NCBI GenBank assembly: GCA_964035545.1
Contig: OZ037769.1
Location: 4,321,929 to 4,385,928 of the forward strand
DNA length: 64,000 nt
Origin: Bugula neritina
Lineage: Eukaryota; Animalia; Bryozoa
Direction of reading: 5' to 3'
Positions 38,108-50,900 of this stretch are shown here, in pieces. Position numbers and translations under genes: made by a program. Numbering within the stretch: position 1 is the stretch's first letter; the number at the start of each line of letters is the position of its first letter. The notes beneath the pieces were generated by a model that saw only the letters and a program-made list of their open reading frames with translations, was not told where the DNA came from and searched no databases.

Positions 38108-40839
38108 ATGGATGCACCACCGCCATACCCAGGTTTGTGTTTTTTCTTTCAAGGCTATTGTACAGTACTAGCAATTTGTACTGGTAATATTTAAGCCAAT
38201 TTTGGCGGGTTGTAAGTTAATCTCGGAGCACAAGTATTGCCACACCTAAAGAGCAATTACCACTTCGTGAAGGTGCATTTATACCTCTTTCAAGATAATG
38301 TGCGTAGTTTTAATTAACAAAACTCAGCAACCTTTTTTTTCAAAATAAATTTTCAATGAAACTTGTTGGAGTCACATTGATGGGAAAGATTACCTTCTAG
38401 TAATAATACATGGCACACCGAATCTTCACTTAATCCTTGTGAAAAGTCACTACATCAAGAAATTCAATTGTAACATTAACTACCACAATTTACTGCTTTT
38501 ACTAAAATAGTTCAAGCTAAGCGGGCTCTAGATTAGTCATTTAATAAAAGTAATAGCTACCAGCATGAAGTTTTGTTAAGTGATCTCATGACATAATTAA
38601 AAAAATCCTATGCTTTAATAATGCAACTGAAATCCTAAAGGTGTTACTTAATATGTAGATGAAAAAGGAGACCATGCAAGTGCTCCCCCACGTCCTGTAG
38701 ATGAAATGCATGACAATCCTCCTGAATGTTCCCATCACCAGCAGTATCCATCACATCAAGGTGATTCTCCACAGCAAGGGTATCCCCCACAACAAGGGTA
38801 TCCCCCACAGCAAGGCAATCTCCCACAGCAAGGACATCCATTACAGGAAGGCAATCCTCCACAGCAAGGGCACCCCTCTCAGCAAGGGTATCCCCCACAA
38901 CAAGAATACCCTTCGAAACAAGGATATCCCCCACAGCCAGGATATCCCCCACAGCCAGGGTATCCCCCACAGCCAGGATATCCCCCACAGCAAGGGTATC
39001 CCCCACAACAAGGGTATCCTCCACAGCAAGGGTATCCCCCACAACAAGGATATCCTCCTAATCAGCCATATGTTCCTGCTTCAGGTAGGCACAACTGAAT
39101 TTATTTAAATAGTCTTGTATCGTATTTACCTAATAGTATTCCATTTTCCATGTTTTTGTGTATGTATAAAGGCGTTTGATATTAGATAGTGAATTCATTT
39201 ACCAACACAGGTTTAAAAAATCATCAGCTCATCCCCACTTCATACGCAGTGATTTAGACATCACTCCTTTACATATGGATTTCTCACAGCGAAACAATCT
39301 AAAGGTTTCTGGCACTGAACCATTTTTTAAAATAATTATGACACTTGAATTAAACTTTATGGATCTCACCTGAGATTTCCTAGTCATTTGAAATCAGTTT
39401 TTTCTCAGCGCATCTTTAGCTTCAAGTAAAAATCATCTATGTTGGGCGCGTGCCTTTATACTAGATAAAGGTTTTCAAAGTCATTTTGTTGCACTAGGTG
39501 TCAGGAGAAGTTTAGCATATAATAAAGTATTGCTATGCATTTTGGTCACATTTGCTACAGTTGTTTCTTATTTTAGGGCAACAGCAACAGATGTATGTGC
39601 CTCAACCTGGAGTATCGCAAGGTGGTCACCAGCAGATGGTGATGGTGGTGTCTGGCCAGGTATGATAGAACTCTAGAATTAGTCTATCTAGATTGTGATT
39701 AGATTCTAGAAATATAAAATGGCTATGTTTGTTGGGCGAACCGCACTGTAGTGGTTAGAGCGCTGGCTTAGTGAAACATGAGGTCAGTTGTTTGAGCCCA
39801 GACACTATTGGTGATGTTAGGAAGAACATCCAGTCATGATTGCTTCTGTGGCACATATGAATGACACCTTAGCCCACTTAAAAAAGCCCTTTTCCATCAG
39901 GGGTTCTCACAGGGATAGTGACTATGAGCTCAGTTGAGGTTTTATGTTTTTTTACTAAAATTACGCTCACAAAATATTTTTTCTAAATGCCGACTCTGTA
40001 TAACTGACTATTGCAGAGAGCAAACGATTACATGGGATTCTCCATCTTCAACCTGGTATGCTGCTGCTGTCTGATTGGAATATTTGCTTTGGTGAAGTCG
40101 CTAGCTGTGAGAAGTGCCAACACCAGAGGAGACTATGAAACAGCAAAGAGAGAGTCTAGAGCAGCTCTGAGACTCAACAAAGTTGCTCTAGGTAAGTAGT
40201 GACAACTCCAAGTCTGTTGTAACCTATAGGAATGCAAGTCAACTCATAGTAATTTACTAAACGTTGACTGGCAATTGGTGTATGTGCGTATTTCTAGTGT
40301 GCCACTTGACATTTAACATTGCACTGCTTGCAAGTGAAAGGCATTGTTAAGATTAATAGTGAAGTTAAAATTAAACATTAGTAGTAATACTTGAAAATAT
40401 TTGTACAAAAAGTTGTATTAGTTGTGGAAATAGCCATTAATTGATGTTGCTAACACTATAATTTTATTGATTCAAATGGTGTTCAATAAAGTAATAATAT
40501 TATATTTCTTTCCAATTCCTGAAGTTGTGATGCGCTTTAAGTTTTTTCAATACATTTTATTTCTCTTGCAAAAAATAGTTTTGCGAATCTCTATAAGTCT
40601 TTGGCACCTTTATTAAGCTAGAAGCTTGATTTTCCGCAATTTTACTTTTTCAGAGATATTTTCATGATATCCCAGGGTTTTCTTCAACATTTTATAAATT
40701 GATTCTATCACATCAAGCATGCAGTAAACTGTTGCATTGCATTGTTGCAGGTGTTGGCATAGGCTGCATAGCTATCTACATTGGGCTCAGTGTAGTGTAC
40801 ACATTGTTTGGTACTTCAGCATACTACACCTACTACTAG
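38108..40839 (+). CDS. CD225/dispanin-family (PRRT1/TMEM233-like) membrane protein with long Pro/Gln/Gly/Tyr-repeat N-terminus, ~265 aa
   Basis: Exons 38108-38132 (MDAPPPYP), 38659-39084 (GYPPQQ repeats), 39577-39659, 40017-40191 ([51 protein letters not shown], typical CD225 signature) and 40751-40839 (hydrophobic helix, TAG). Total 798 nt, open frame. AATAAA at 41094. Confidence 0.9.
39734..39945 (+). mobile_element. tRNA-derived SINE copy in CD225 gene intron
   Basis: Shares ctattggtgatgttaggaagaacatccagtcat and ttctcacagggatagtgactat with the other copies. Confidence 0.8.
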
Positions 40840-41984
40840 CCAAACATCTATTTAGTACTGTCAATATTTTAATGAACTATTTTTAGGTTTGTATGTTGTC
40901 AAACTGTTTATATTTATATTCTTATAGTATTAGCTTTTATGTGCTTTTTCTTTTTCTTCTAAATTTATATACCTTCACAATGAATCTCTGCACTAAAATT
41001 GTTTTAAATTTTTTCAAAGGAGTAAATATATTTTTGTTATTTCCTCAAATTGTGATATATTCAAAGTATTTTTACCAGACTTAGTTTGACAAAAATAAAG
41101 ATCTGAAAAACTAGAATTGCTTCATTTTGTTTAGAATGGCTATTAACATGTAGTTAGATTTATAACAAGTAATATAAGTCTTGAAGGTGATTTGTGGGGA
41201 AATATGAGTTGCTTTTATTTCCATATCACCTCCTTGTGCATTTGTTTTTGTAGTAGAATAATACAATGTAAATTAATACTATTCATTATTCAGTATTGGT
41301 ACACTATAACTGTACAAGTTTATAGTAATTCTGGTTTACATTCAGCTACAATTATTAGTAAATATTTGTGACTTCATTCAGCATAATATCTGCTTTACTA
41401 TGAGTTCCTAAGCTTTGTAGAAAGCCACACCCGTGACAAAATCTATGTAATTAAATAATGTATCCCAAGTTTTATTTTCTAAAAACAATGCTGGATATAC
41501 ATGGGCAAATAAGTTAAAAATAATAAAACAAAATTACTAAATTTCAATATTACAAGAAAACGATAGTCTATGAAAATGGCAGAATTGATGGTCATGCAAA
41601 CTCTGCTTCGTTTCTTGACACAAACTGCTTGAAAAGGGCCGGAGAAATGAAGGTGAATACAGAGAAGGGCAAACTGAGTAAATTATGCTAAAAAATACAA
41701 GTCAAGGTAATCTGCTTAAGGACGTTAAATTAGTAAGAGTATTTCAACCAAGAATAAAAATAAACAATCGCAAAGCGTAAACATGTGTACTAGTGAAATA
41801 TTGAAAACAATAAAAAATATCAACGATTGTTGCCTATATGTGCATTGGAATTGTGTTTTCCTACGACTAGCTATACTAAAAACTAATACCAAATCATCTC
41901 ATCTTCGAATCTATAGCAGTTAGTTGCATATGATCCATATCATAACAACAGCTAATTGGTGTGTGTTACATACTCTAGCGTCTT

Positions 41985-44900
41985 CTAGTTCACAGAGACC
42001 CGTATGTTATATTGAACTTCCAACTTCCTGAAAAGTAACAGTTACAGAATCTGTTACGCTGTATCAGTAAATGCTACAAGAATCATTGACACAGTCTATT
42101 ATGTCAAGGACTAGGTACTCGCTAAGTAACAACAGACTTTCAGTTATTTCATCAGTTGACAGACATAAGGTGTGTGTAAATCTATTTATAATCTAGAATT
42201 TGCTACCTGAACCTTCATTCCCTTTGCACACTCAGTTAAGATATAAACTGAACACGCAACTGCCCAAGTAAAAATATCAAGACGATGTACACGAATAGTA
42301 TTTATGTGAAATAGGAATTTTTACCTGTCTAGTTTATTGATGAAAGAAAATATGTAGAGTCCACTGTTATGACTAATCATCTCCCCTTGAACTTCCTGTC
42401 TGTGTGACCTACACTTGCACTCGGGAATAAGATGTTCACTAGCGTCACTGAAACTCGTCTCGTAAGGCTTATGTGTCAGCTGGAAGAACGCTGCCTGTGG
42501 AATACAGAACAAAATGACAGCATATATGTCACATGGTACTAGAGTACATGACATAAAGTGATAGTGTATGACACAAAAAGAAAATGCTGGGCACAAAAGG
42601 ACAAACTATAGCACAAAATGGCGGCCTACAAAGGATATGAAGATTGCTAATGACTCAAACTTGAAGAAATGAGTGAAATTTTAATTGAATTTACAGAATT
42701 AAAAAGTTATACTGCAAAAGCTGCAGAAGACAAGTAGAGAAAGAGAAAATAAATAAGTTGGATAAAACTCATTAATGGGCAGAATGAGAGGAGAGTTGAA
42801 TTTTTATAAAAACTAAACTCGCCATAACAAAGAGGAGGCAGAAATTCAAACGTTAATAATTTTTAGTTTTTCTTAGAGAGATACCATATTAAACTAAAAG
42901 TTACTGTAGAAAGCAATCTATACTAGAATAAAGGTTAGTATTGAACTGCATTGTAAAAGGTGTAGACTCATTATCATCAAGACGGATTCAAGTAGCTAAT
43001 CCATTTAATTCCTTCACGCAATAATTACCTTTGGCTGTGAAGAAAATTTCCAGCCTAGAGTTGTCTCTTCTTTGTCAACAACCACGCAGACGGTATAAAC
43101 AGACATCTTGTCTATTGAGATTTCAATGAGCTCGTCTGATTGGATAGATTCTGCACTAATGACTGAGTCATATTCGGCCTTCAACTGCTCCAGTAGTCTG
43201 CAATAAAATACTTGCCTTTACTTGAGGCACATTTTAAATCACTGTAGGGTACACATTACATTACTGTAGGGTACACCTTACATTACTGTAGGGTACACTT
43301 TTCTGTATTGCAGGTACACCTCACTCACAATAAGTTATGCAATGCCCTTATTTATTAAATAGGGAACTACACGTTTCATATCACAATTGCCATGGCTTGA
43401 ACTGATAATTTAGCAGAGTTTTTTCAAGAAAATATAACGTTTAACCCATAGACACCAGTGGTCCGTGCATCAGAAAACATTTTCTCAAAGAGCTAGCAAC
43501 GAGTATATTTATGTAATTCAGTACCATACAACAACAAAACATTGCTGGCTGCAATAACTATGAAAAATAATAAGCTCATTGGTGATATCATACTGAAACA
43601 TGTGCAAGTTTCAATATAATCCTAAGCTGTACGATTTAAATAAAAATGCTTAAAATAATAAAACAACTTTCTCAATGCGACAGAATTCCTAGAAGCATTA
43701 AGTCATGCTATAACAATTGCTACACACAACACATTCGCATCAAATCAGATTATTTTTAGACAACATTATAGTATGAGAACATGATCACGATAACAGTTGG
43801 TTAAACAATGCAATACCTCTTAGCTGAAGGCACTGGTGTTGTTGATACTGCATCAGCAACTTTTTCTTCAACTCCAAAGTCATTGAAACCATTAGACACT
43901 ATGTTATCAGCGAGTTGGTTATTCACACTATCCGGCTCTGAGGTTATCCTTGTAGCCTGTGACACCACCCCACCTGGTTCTGAGACTATCTGTGTAGCCT
44001 GTGACACCACCTCGTCTGTATCTGAGGCTACCTGTGTGATCTCGGCTTCAACTCTTTCAGTGACATCATCACTCTAATAATTATGAAAAAGATGTAAATA
44101 TATAGAGCTTCAAAGTATCTAATACTACCAAGCAATGTATTTCATATATAGGTAAAGTATCAAGGGCAATATGAAAATAATATGCTGCTTCTAAAAATTA
44201 GTTATCTAACTTTTGTACTAAATTTAAACAGAAAATGATTTGGTAAAAGTCAGTTACGCACTAATGACAGGGCATATTTTCGTATCAATAACATTACCAT
44301 TAGCAGATATCACTTCATTACTTTAGTCAGTTATATATGATAATATCAATGATTTACATTATTCTACTACGTGCTTCCTCCATATCTCACAGATCCATTT
44401 CTCATGAAATTCCATAGGCTACAAGAAGGGCTGGGACCCATGTTTTGTACCTTATGTATGTGTGAAGGGACAAAATAGCCGAATTTACAGATCTGCAAGC
44501 TAAATCTGATGTTACGAATTGAGGTTTCAGGACCCGCAGCTTAGTGAGATATGTAGGGAGCACTGTAATTTAGTCAGTTATAAAACCCTCTGGGAAAAGC
44601 AAGTTTAAAAACTCATACTATATTGGATAAACATTTTGACAACATACAACAGGTGCTTGCAGTGCTGTGTCAGTGTTGGCAGGTGTCATGTCACTCGTAG
44701 AGCTGACATCTAAAGTCAAGCTGTCCGTACTCTGTGAAGTGTCACCAGTTGCCGTAGAAGATAAATTGGATCTGTTAGCACCTAAACCATCATCAGAGTT
44801 GTATGGATAACAAATATTGTAGCATAGTATAATGTCCATGCAGAGCACCAAGTGGAGATAACTGTAAACGAATCATTAAAGAGATGACTCCCTGTGCAAG

Positions 44901-47900
44901 ATGCATTATGTAAACTAGAAGTGATATTTCTAAGGATTTTGGGGAAAATATTTAAATACAAAAGTTCTTCAACTGCTACAAAATTGATTCACTTGAACAC
45001 TATATTGCGGCAAATATCCAACAGGACTTTTAAAGAACCATCAAAAATAGGAGAAATGAACAAACAAGATGATGAAAAACTGCATTTGAGAACTATAGGA
45101 AAAAAAGACAATTTTGGCTAATGATTTGTTACAAGGTTTCAGAAACAAGATAAAAACTTCTCGCTGTTATTAAGCTGTGCATACAGTAACAATTACGATG
45201 ATTGTTCAGCAACTGCTGACATTACAAATTCTTGAGTGTCAGAAGGCCTTGGTTACAAACAGCAGCTTCACACATCACACATAGACCCACCACTAGGGGG
45301 TGAATGTTTTCCACCACTGTCTCTACTCCAGCTTGTATCATGCAGAGTGACGGGAAGAGTAATGGAGTCCACAGAGTTGGTGTCTGTTATGTTAGACGAG
45401 TTGAGAGCAGCTGGTAGGTCGGAGTTCGTGTGTTCAATGTAGCAGAGATTGCAAACTCTTGACTTCTTACCACTAGCCGCTGTATTCACCCAGTTATCTG
45501 AGCACTGGTAACAGTAGACCTGCCCACACAGCCTGCAGTGGTGCTACAATACCAATCCAACATTATGCGTTACATGCATACTTATATGTATTCTTATGTA
45601 CACTGCTTGACCTACGGACAAACATACTATATAGTGTAAATTGTTCTAGCAAAACCTCTTACAATTATATCAATAATTGTGGCTATACTTGTCAATTAGG
45701 CCGATTCACATGAGAGTTACGTTTAATGGTTGTTAGTAGCATCAAGTGCAGTTACTAGCAAATATCAGCTGTACAATGTAAATTTTCATCCTTTAATTAT
45801 TTCAGCTAATTTTTTGTGTTGACATGGCAGGTTAATGTCACACGTTGCTATAAAAATGAAGTAAAGCAAATTACTTTTATTTCCTAATGAGTTTGCATAA
45901 ACTAAAATCCAGAAACAGATTCTTTAGTGTCCACGATCTTTTAAAATTCCAATGAATTTACCACTCAATGCATGTAAGTTATACTAGAATAAATGTAAGT
46001 CATGCTAACTAAAATACACGCCAGCCGTACTAGATTAAATAAAAAGTCAGCGAATAAATAAGGTAGAACCTTTCTAAGTAGAAGAGAGAAGGTAGCACGG
46101 CAGCCCATACAGTTGTCTATCTTTGAACTGTCCAACCATTTGACTTCACTGAGCTTCTTCTGACGGAATATGAGTGCATCAGTAGCTTGCCACAGACTGT
46201 CCTTGTCTCTATAATCACAGTTGGAGACTTGTATGACTACATACTTGAGTATACAACTACTTGAGTATACAGCTACTTGAGTATAAAACTACTTGAGTAT
46301 ACAACTACTTGAGTATACAACTACTTGAGTATAGAACTACTTGAGTATACAGTTACTTGAGTATACAACTACTTGACTATACAACTACTTGAGTTAACTT
46401 AACTACTTGAGTATATAACTACTTGACTATACGACTACTTGAGTATACAAATATATCATAACCAGAGTATGAAAAACTAGTATTACAGCATTCTCTTTTT
46501 GGTAAATCACCACATGAACTACAAACCAGTAACATTGTACCAAGTGATTAAATAGTTCAACCTTAGTTCCACCAATAGTTACTGATATACATCAACTACC
46601 CTCCCCCCCCCTCCGTAACATAAGCATAAAACACAACTAGTATGACATACTTGATTAGCTTTATTAAGCGCTTTTTCAGTATAACATTTTCATCTCTCAG
46701 CTGATGCAGTTCATTCTCGGCCTCTGCGAGTCTTTCTCCTTTACCTAGCTTCAGTTCTATCACTTTCTGATTCAGAGTCTCGTGGGACTCAGTCAACTCA
46801 CTGCACCTCTTCTTATACTAAGAACCACAACTAGGTCAATTGAATCCCTTGTTAAAAAACATTGACCGTTTGTACACAATATGCATATATGCAGCAAGTA
46901 TATAACTAGCAATATCTATTCATACACTTGCGTTATTAAAAGTCATCGCACAACTTTTCTCGTCCATATAATTTACAATGTCATACATTCATTACTTTAA
47001 ATCATAAAATTAGCAAAATTCCAATTAGTATAACATTAATATCCATCAAGCACAGATCTTTCAAGGTCTAGTAGATATAGAAACATATGAAGGTGACTGT
47101 TATCAAATTTTCAGTATACAGTTACAGGAAATGACTAATTCTTTCATTTATCAGTATTTCTCTATTAAACAACTTTCATCGAGGGTGTTAAATAAAACTA
47201 TAAGATTTTCAATGAGTTTCAATAAAACTATAAAAGAGATGAATTAACTGTTGTCAGAAAAGGTATAAGGAGAGGGCGATACTTACTGCCTCGATCTCTT
47301 CACAAAGAGAAACTAAGTCTAATTCTTTGTCATCCAGCAAAGATATCAGTTCCTCCACCTGAAAGACATAAACTAATCAGTAGAATTAGGGGCACCTGCT
47401 AGTAGCCCATTATGTAAACTACTGTAGGAGCAGTAGGGGCACCTGTTGCTGGTGTCTGTCAGTGTCAAGTGATTTCTCCGTCTGCAGAGCATCTAGTTGC
47501 ATCTCAATAGTAGCTACAGTCTTTTCCTGACTGGAAATAGTCTGAGACATCTTTTGCAGGTCTTCCTGTTGCTGTCTGTAGCCCTAAAATATTACCTGCA
47601 GCGTCTAATTTGTGTACACTTACATTCAACATATGTATTTTATTTGTTTTACAGAGAGCAGTCATGGTCTAGGGGTTGAAAGGTTTGGCTTAGTAAACAC
47701 GAAAGTTATGGGTTCGAATCCCAGTAAATGCTATTGGTGATGTTAGGAAGAGCATCCAGTCATAATTACTCCTGTGCCACATATGAATAAGTCCTTAGCC
47801 CGATTTAACAAAAAGGGTTTTTTCACGGGTATAGTGACTACTGACTATACACTTGCGTGAGGTTTCATTTCTTTTACTTACATTACGTCTACTTACAGTA

Positions 47901-50900
47901 CATAAGCTAACCATAAATGCGCCTACTGTACATATATAACTGTTTTGTGCATACACTTCCCATCTGTTAAGAAAGTGAAACCAATTCTGTGTACAAAAAC
48001 AAACTGTATATTATACACTTACCAAGCCTCTACTTACAGTGTAGATTTAGTGTAAGTGTTACATTAACTAGCTACTTACATCCATGGCCAGATCCGCCTC
48101 CATCTGATGAGAACTTAGCTGGAATCTTAAGGCTCCGATTTGCTGCTCCATTATCGTCTGCTTATTCGCAAACTCCAACTTTGTCGACTCGAGACAGCTC
48201 TGTAACTCGCTCAACTCCTTGCTCTTCTGAACTTCCTGTGTTTTTAGTGACCTCAGGTTCGACCTCAAGCTTTCAATCTCGACATTCACCTGTATAACCA
48301 CCCAATCACAGGTGACAAAACATTCAACTAATTTATAGGATAGAAGATGGTATGCATGCTAAAACACCAATCCGTGACACCATGCAGGTTTCTGTAGTAA
48401 ACATATAATAAGGATAACCTAACAACAATAATTAAAACAGTAAGCAAACATTCAATCTTTTCTTTCATCACCCAAGACACAGCAACTGAGGTACAGTAGC
48501 CTATGTCAAATTTACCTGCAGTAATAGCAAAATATATGCTTCAATTGTTTTATCTGCAAATTTTATTGCGCAATTTACCTGCAATAACGAGTCAGAATAT
48601 TTAACATTAGCTGCCTGTTCCTCTTTATACTTTGCTGAGAGTACTTCTTTCTCATCGGCTAGTGAAGACAACTCCTTCTTGAGTGCCAGCAGCGCCACTT
48701 CTAGCTGAGTATTCCTGCCTTCAACTGCATTCAGTTTTTCAAATGCCTACAACAGAGTAAATTATCTAGAATCATGACACAACTCATGAACACCACCTAA
48801 TAGAATGGACATCATATCTCATTGGGTGCAGTTGCTGGTGTTAAAAAGCAATTATTTAACCTGAAACAAAATCCCCATTAGATTTTTCAAACAAAAATAT
48901 GAATAAATGTTTTTTCCAATATCCTTTAGTATTCTCCTGCTTTAAGAAAACTGTCAGCTACTTAATGTGTGTCACCAGACTAATAAATAACAAATACATC
49001 AACAAATTTGTTTCTTTTCGTCATCAAAACATGAAATTTCACACCTAATATGTGTATAAACAAGCTAGACAGGAAAACTGGGTAAATTCAAATAACCAAG
49101 TGTAGATAACTTTATCACCTCAGCCAGTAAAGAAAACAATAAATATTCACCTGCTGTTGGTGATTGTCCAAGTCTATGTTTGCTCTACTTTGTAAACTAG
49201 TGTTCTGCTGGGACAGTTCAGTCAATTGAGAAGTTGTCGCCTCGTGCTCTTGCATCAACGCATCGTACTTTGTCTGCAATTCCTGGAGAGCACAGTCTAC
49301 TGCCTGATAATCCGTCTGCAACTTATTATGATCTTGCTCTAATGTGGTATGCGCCGTGTGAATGTTCACCAGCTGCTGCTCCATTTCCTGTCCTTGCTTT
49401 TCTAATAACTCGTGTCGGCGTTTCAAGTCGCCATAATCTCTTTCTGAAACTTCAAGAGCGGACTTTAGGTCTTGAGTACCACTCTGATTAGCTTCAAGCT
49501 GGACGGTGGCATCACTCAACTGCTGCTTAAGTAGATTCTGCTCAATTAGGTGACTGTCATTTACCTGCTCTAGTGAGACTTGCTTCGCTACGAGTGATTG
49601 ATTCTCCGTTTTCAGCAAACTTAATTCCCTTTCTATGGAATCAAAACTTTGTGATTTTGATTCCTGCTCCGATTTTATTAAATTTAAGTTCTCTTCTAGT
49701 TTTCCACTTCTAGAAGTTTCTTGATCAAACAAAACCTGAATCTCTGTATGTTCCTTTTGGAGGGAAGACAACTCTAAAGTCAATCGATCATTTTCATTAG
49801 TTAAAGAGTCTTGTTTAGTAGTAAGGAGGGCAGTTGCCTTTTCATTGTCTGATAATTTACCTGCTAATGCCATATTTTCTTGTTTTAAAGCTAAAAATTT
49901 ATCTTCCCACTGAGAAGACTGTTTCTTTACATTCTCATGTTCTACTTGTAGACTGCTCGCAGACGCCTGCAACTGGCCATGCTGATTCAGCAGATCATCA
50001 TATTGCAGACGTTGATTGTTCTCTTTCTGTGAGAGCTCTGTATGTTGTCTATGCAACTGTATCAGTTCATTCTGTAGCCTGTAAACCTCTTCTTGAGACG
50101 ACTTATAGTTAGACTGGGTATCCATCAGTTGCTCTTTCAGGCTCTCAGTATAATCACTGGCCCCTGTCTGCGAAAGTTCCAGCTGTTTATGTGACGTCTG
50201 CAATGCATTGAGGTCTATCGTTGCTGAATTTAATTTGCTTCGTAAATCAGAATGGTTTGTAGAGAGATCATTATATTCGGCCTGAAGACTTTCTAATTGT
50301 TTATTTAAAGATGCATTTTTATCTTTTAGATGTGAAGCCTCATTAGTATTTGCTAGAGTTATCTTCTCTATGAGTGAACTCTTTTCCATTAGAGAGTTGG
50401 CTACAGTAGCCAGGTGTTCTTCTACAAAATAATACAAATAATTCCAATAAAAGTAATACAATACATGGGAGTTGCATACATCAGCTTAATGGCTTTTAAA
50501 AAAACTTTTACAGATAAAATTCAACAAGTAATAAATAACTTAAATACTCTATCTCAAATTTAGAAAAAAATGAGTTTATTGTCCTGAGAAAGTCCAAATT
50601 GTTTTAATAGAAACTATCGTAACAGCGACTTTTAAAAAAATTGCAACTGAAAAGGTGGAGTACTAAAATATAAAAATATAATGTTTTTTCAGTTTTCAAC
50701 AACCACCAACTATATAGTTTTGAGTACTAGATAGTCTTGAATACTAGTTAGTCTTGAGTACTAGGCAGTCTTTTAAACTAATATAAAACTATACAAAATC
50801 AAAAAGTCTTGTCATGCTGAAAATAATATTTAGACTTACAAAGTATCAATAAAAGTAAATATTATTTAATTATTAATTTAGTTCACTAAACTATGAAAGT

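Noticed and set aside
38644-39108. Overlapping repeat ORFs (LAVGD.. on minus, HSKGIP.. on plus)
   Set aside because: They are shadow frames of the 18-nt repeat encoding GYPPQQ in the CD225 gene.
46242-46450. Regular short repeats resembling a CRISPR array
   Set aside because: The 16-nt units are head-to-tail with no unique spacers, there are no cas genes, and the context is a eukaryotic intron. It is a minisatellite.
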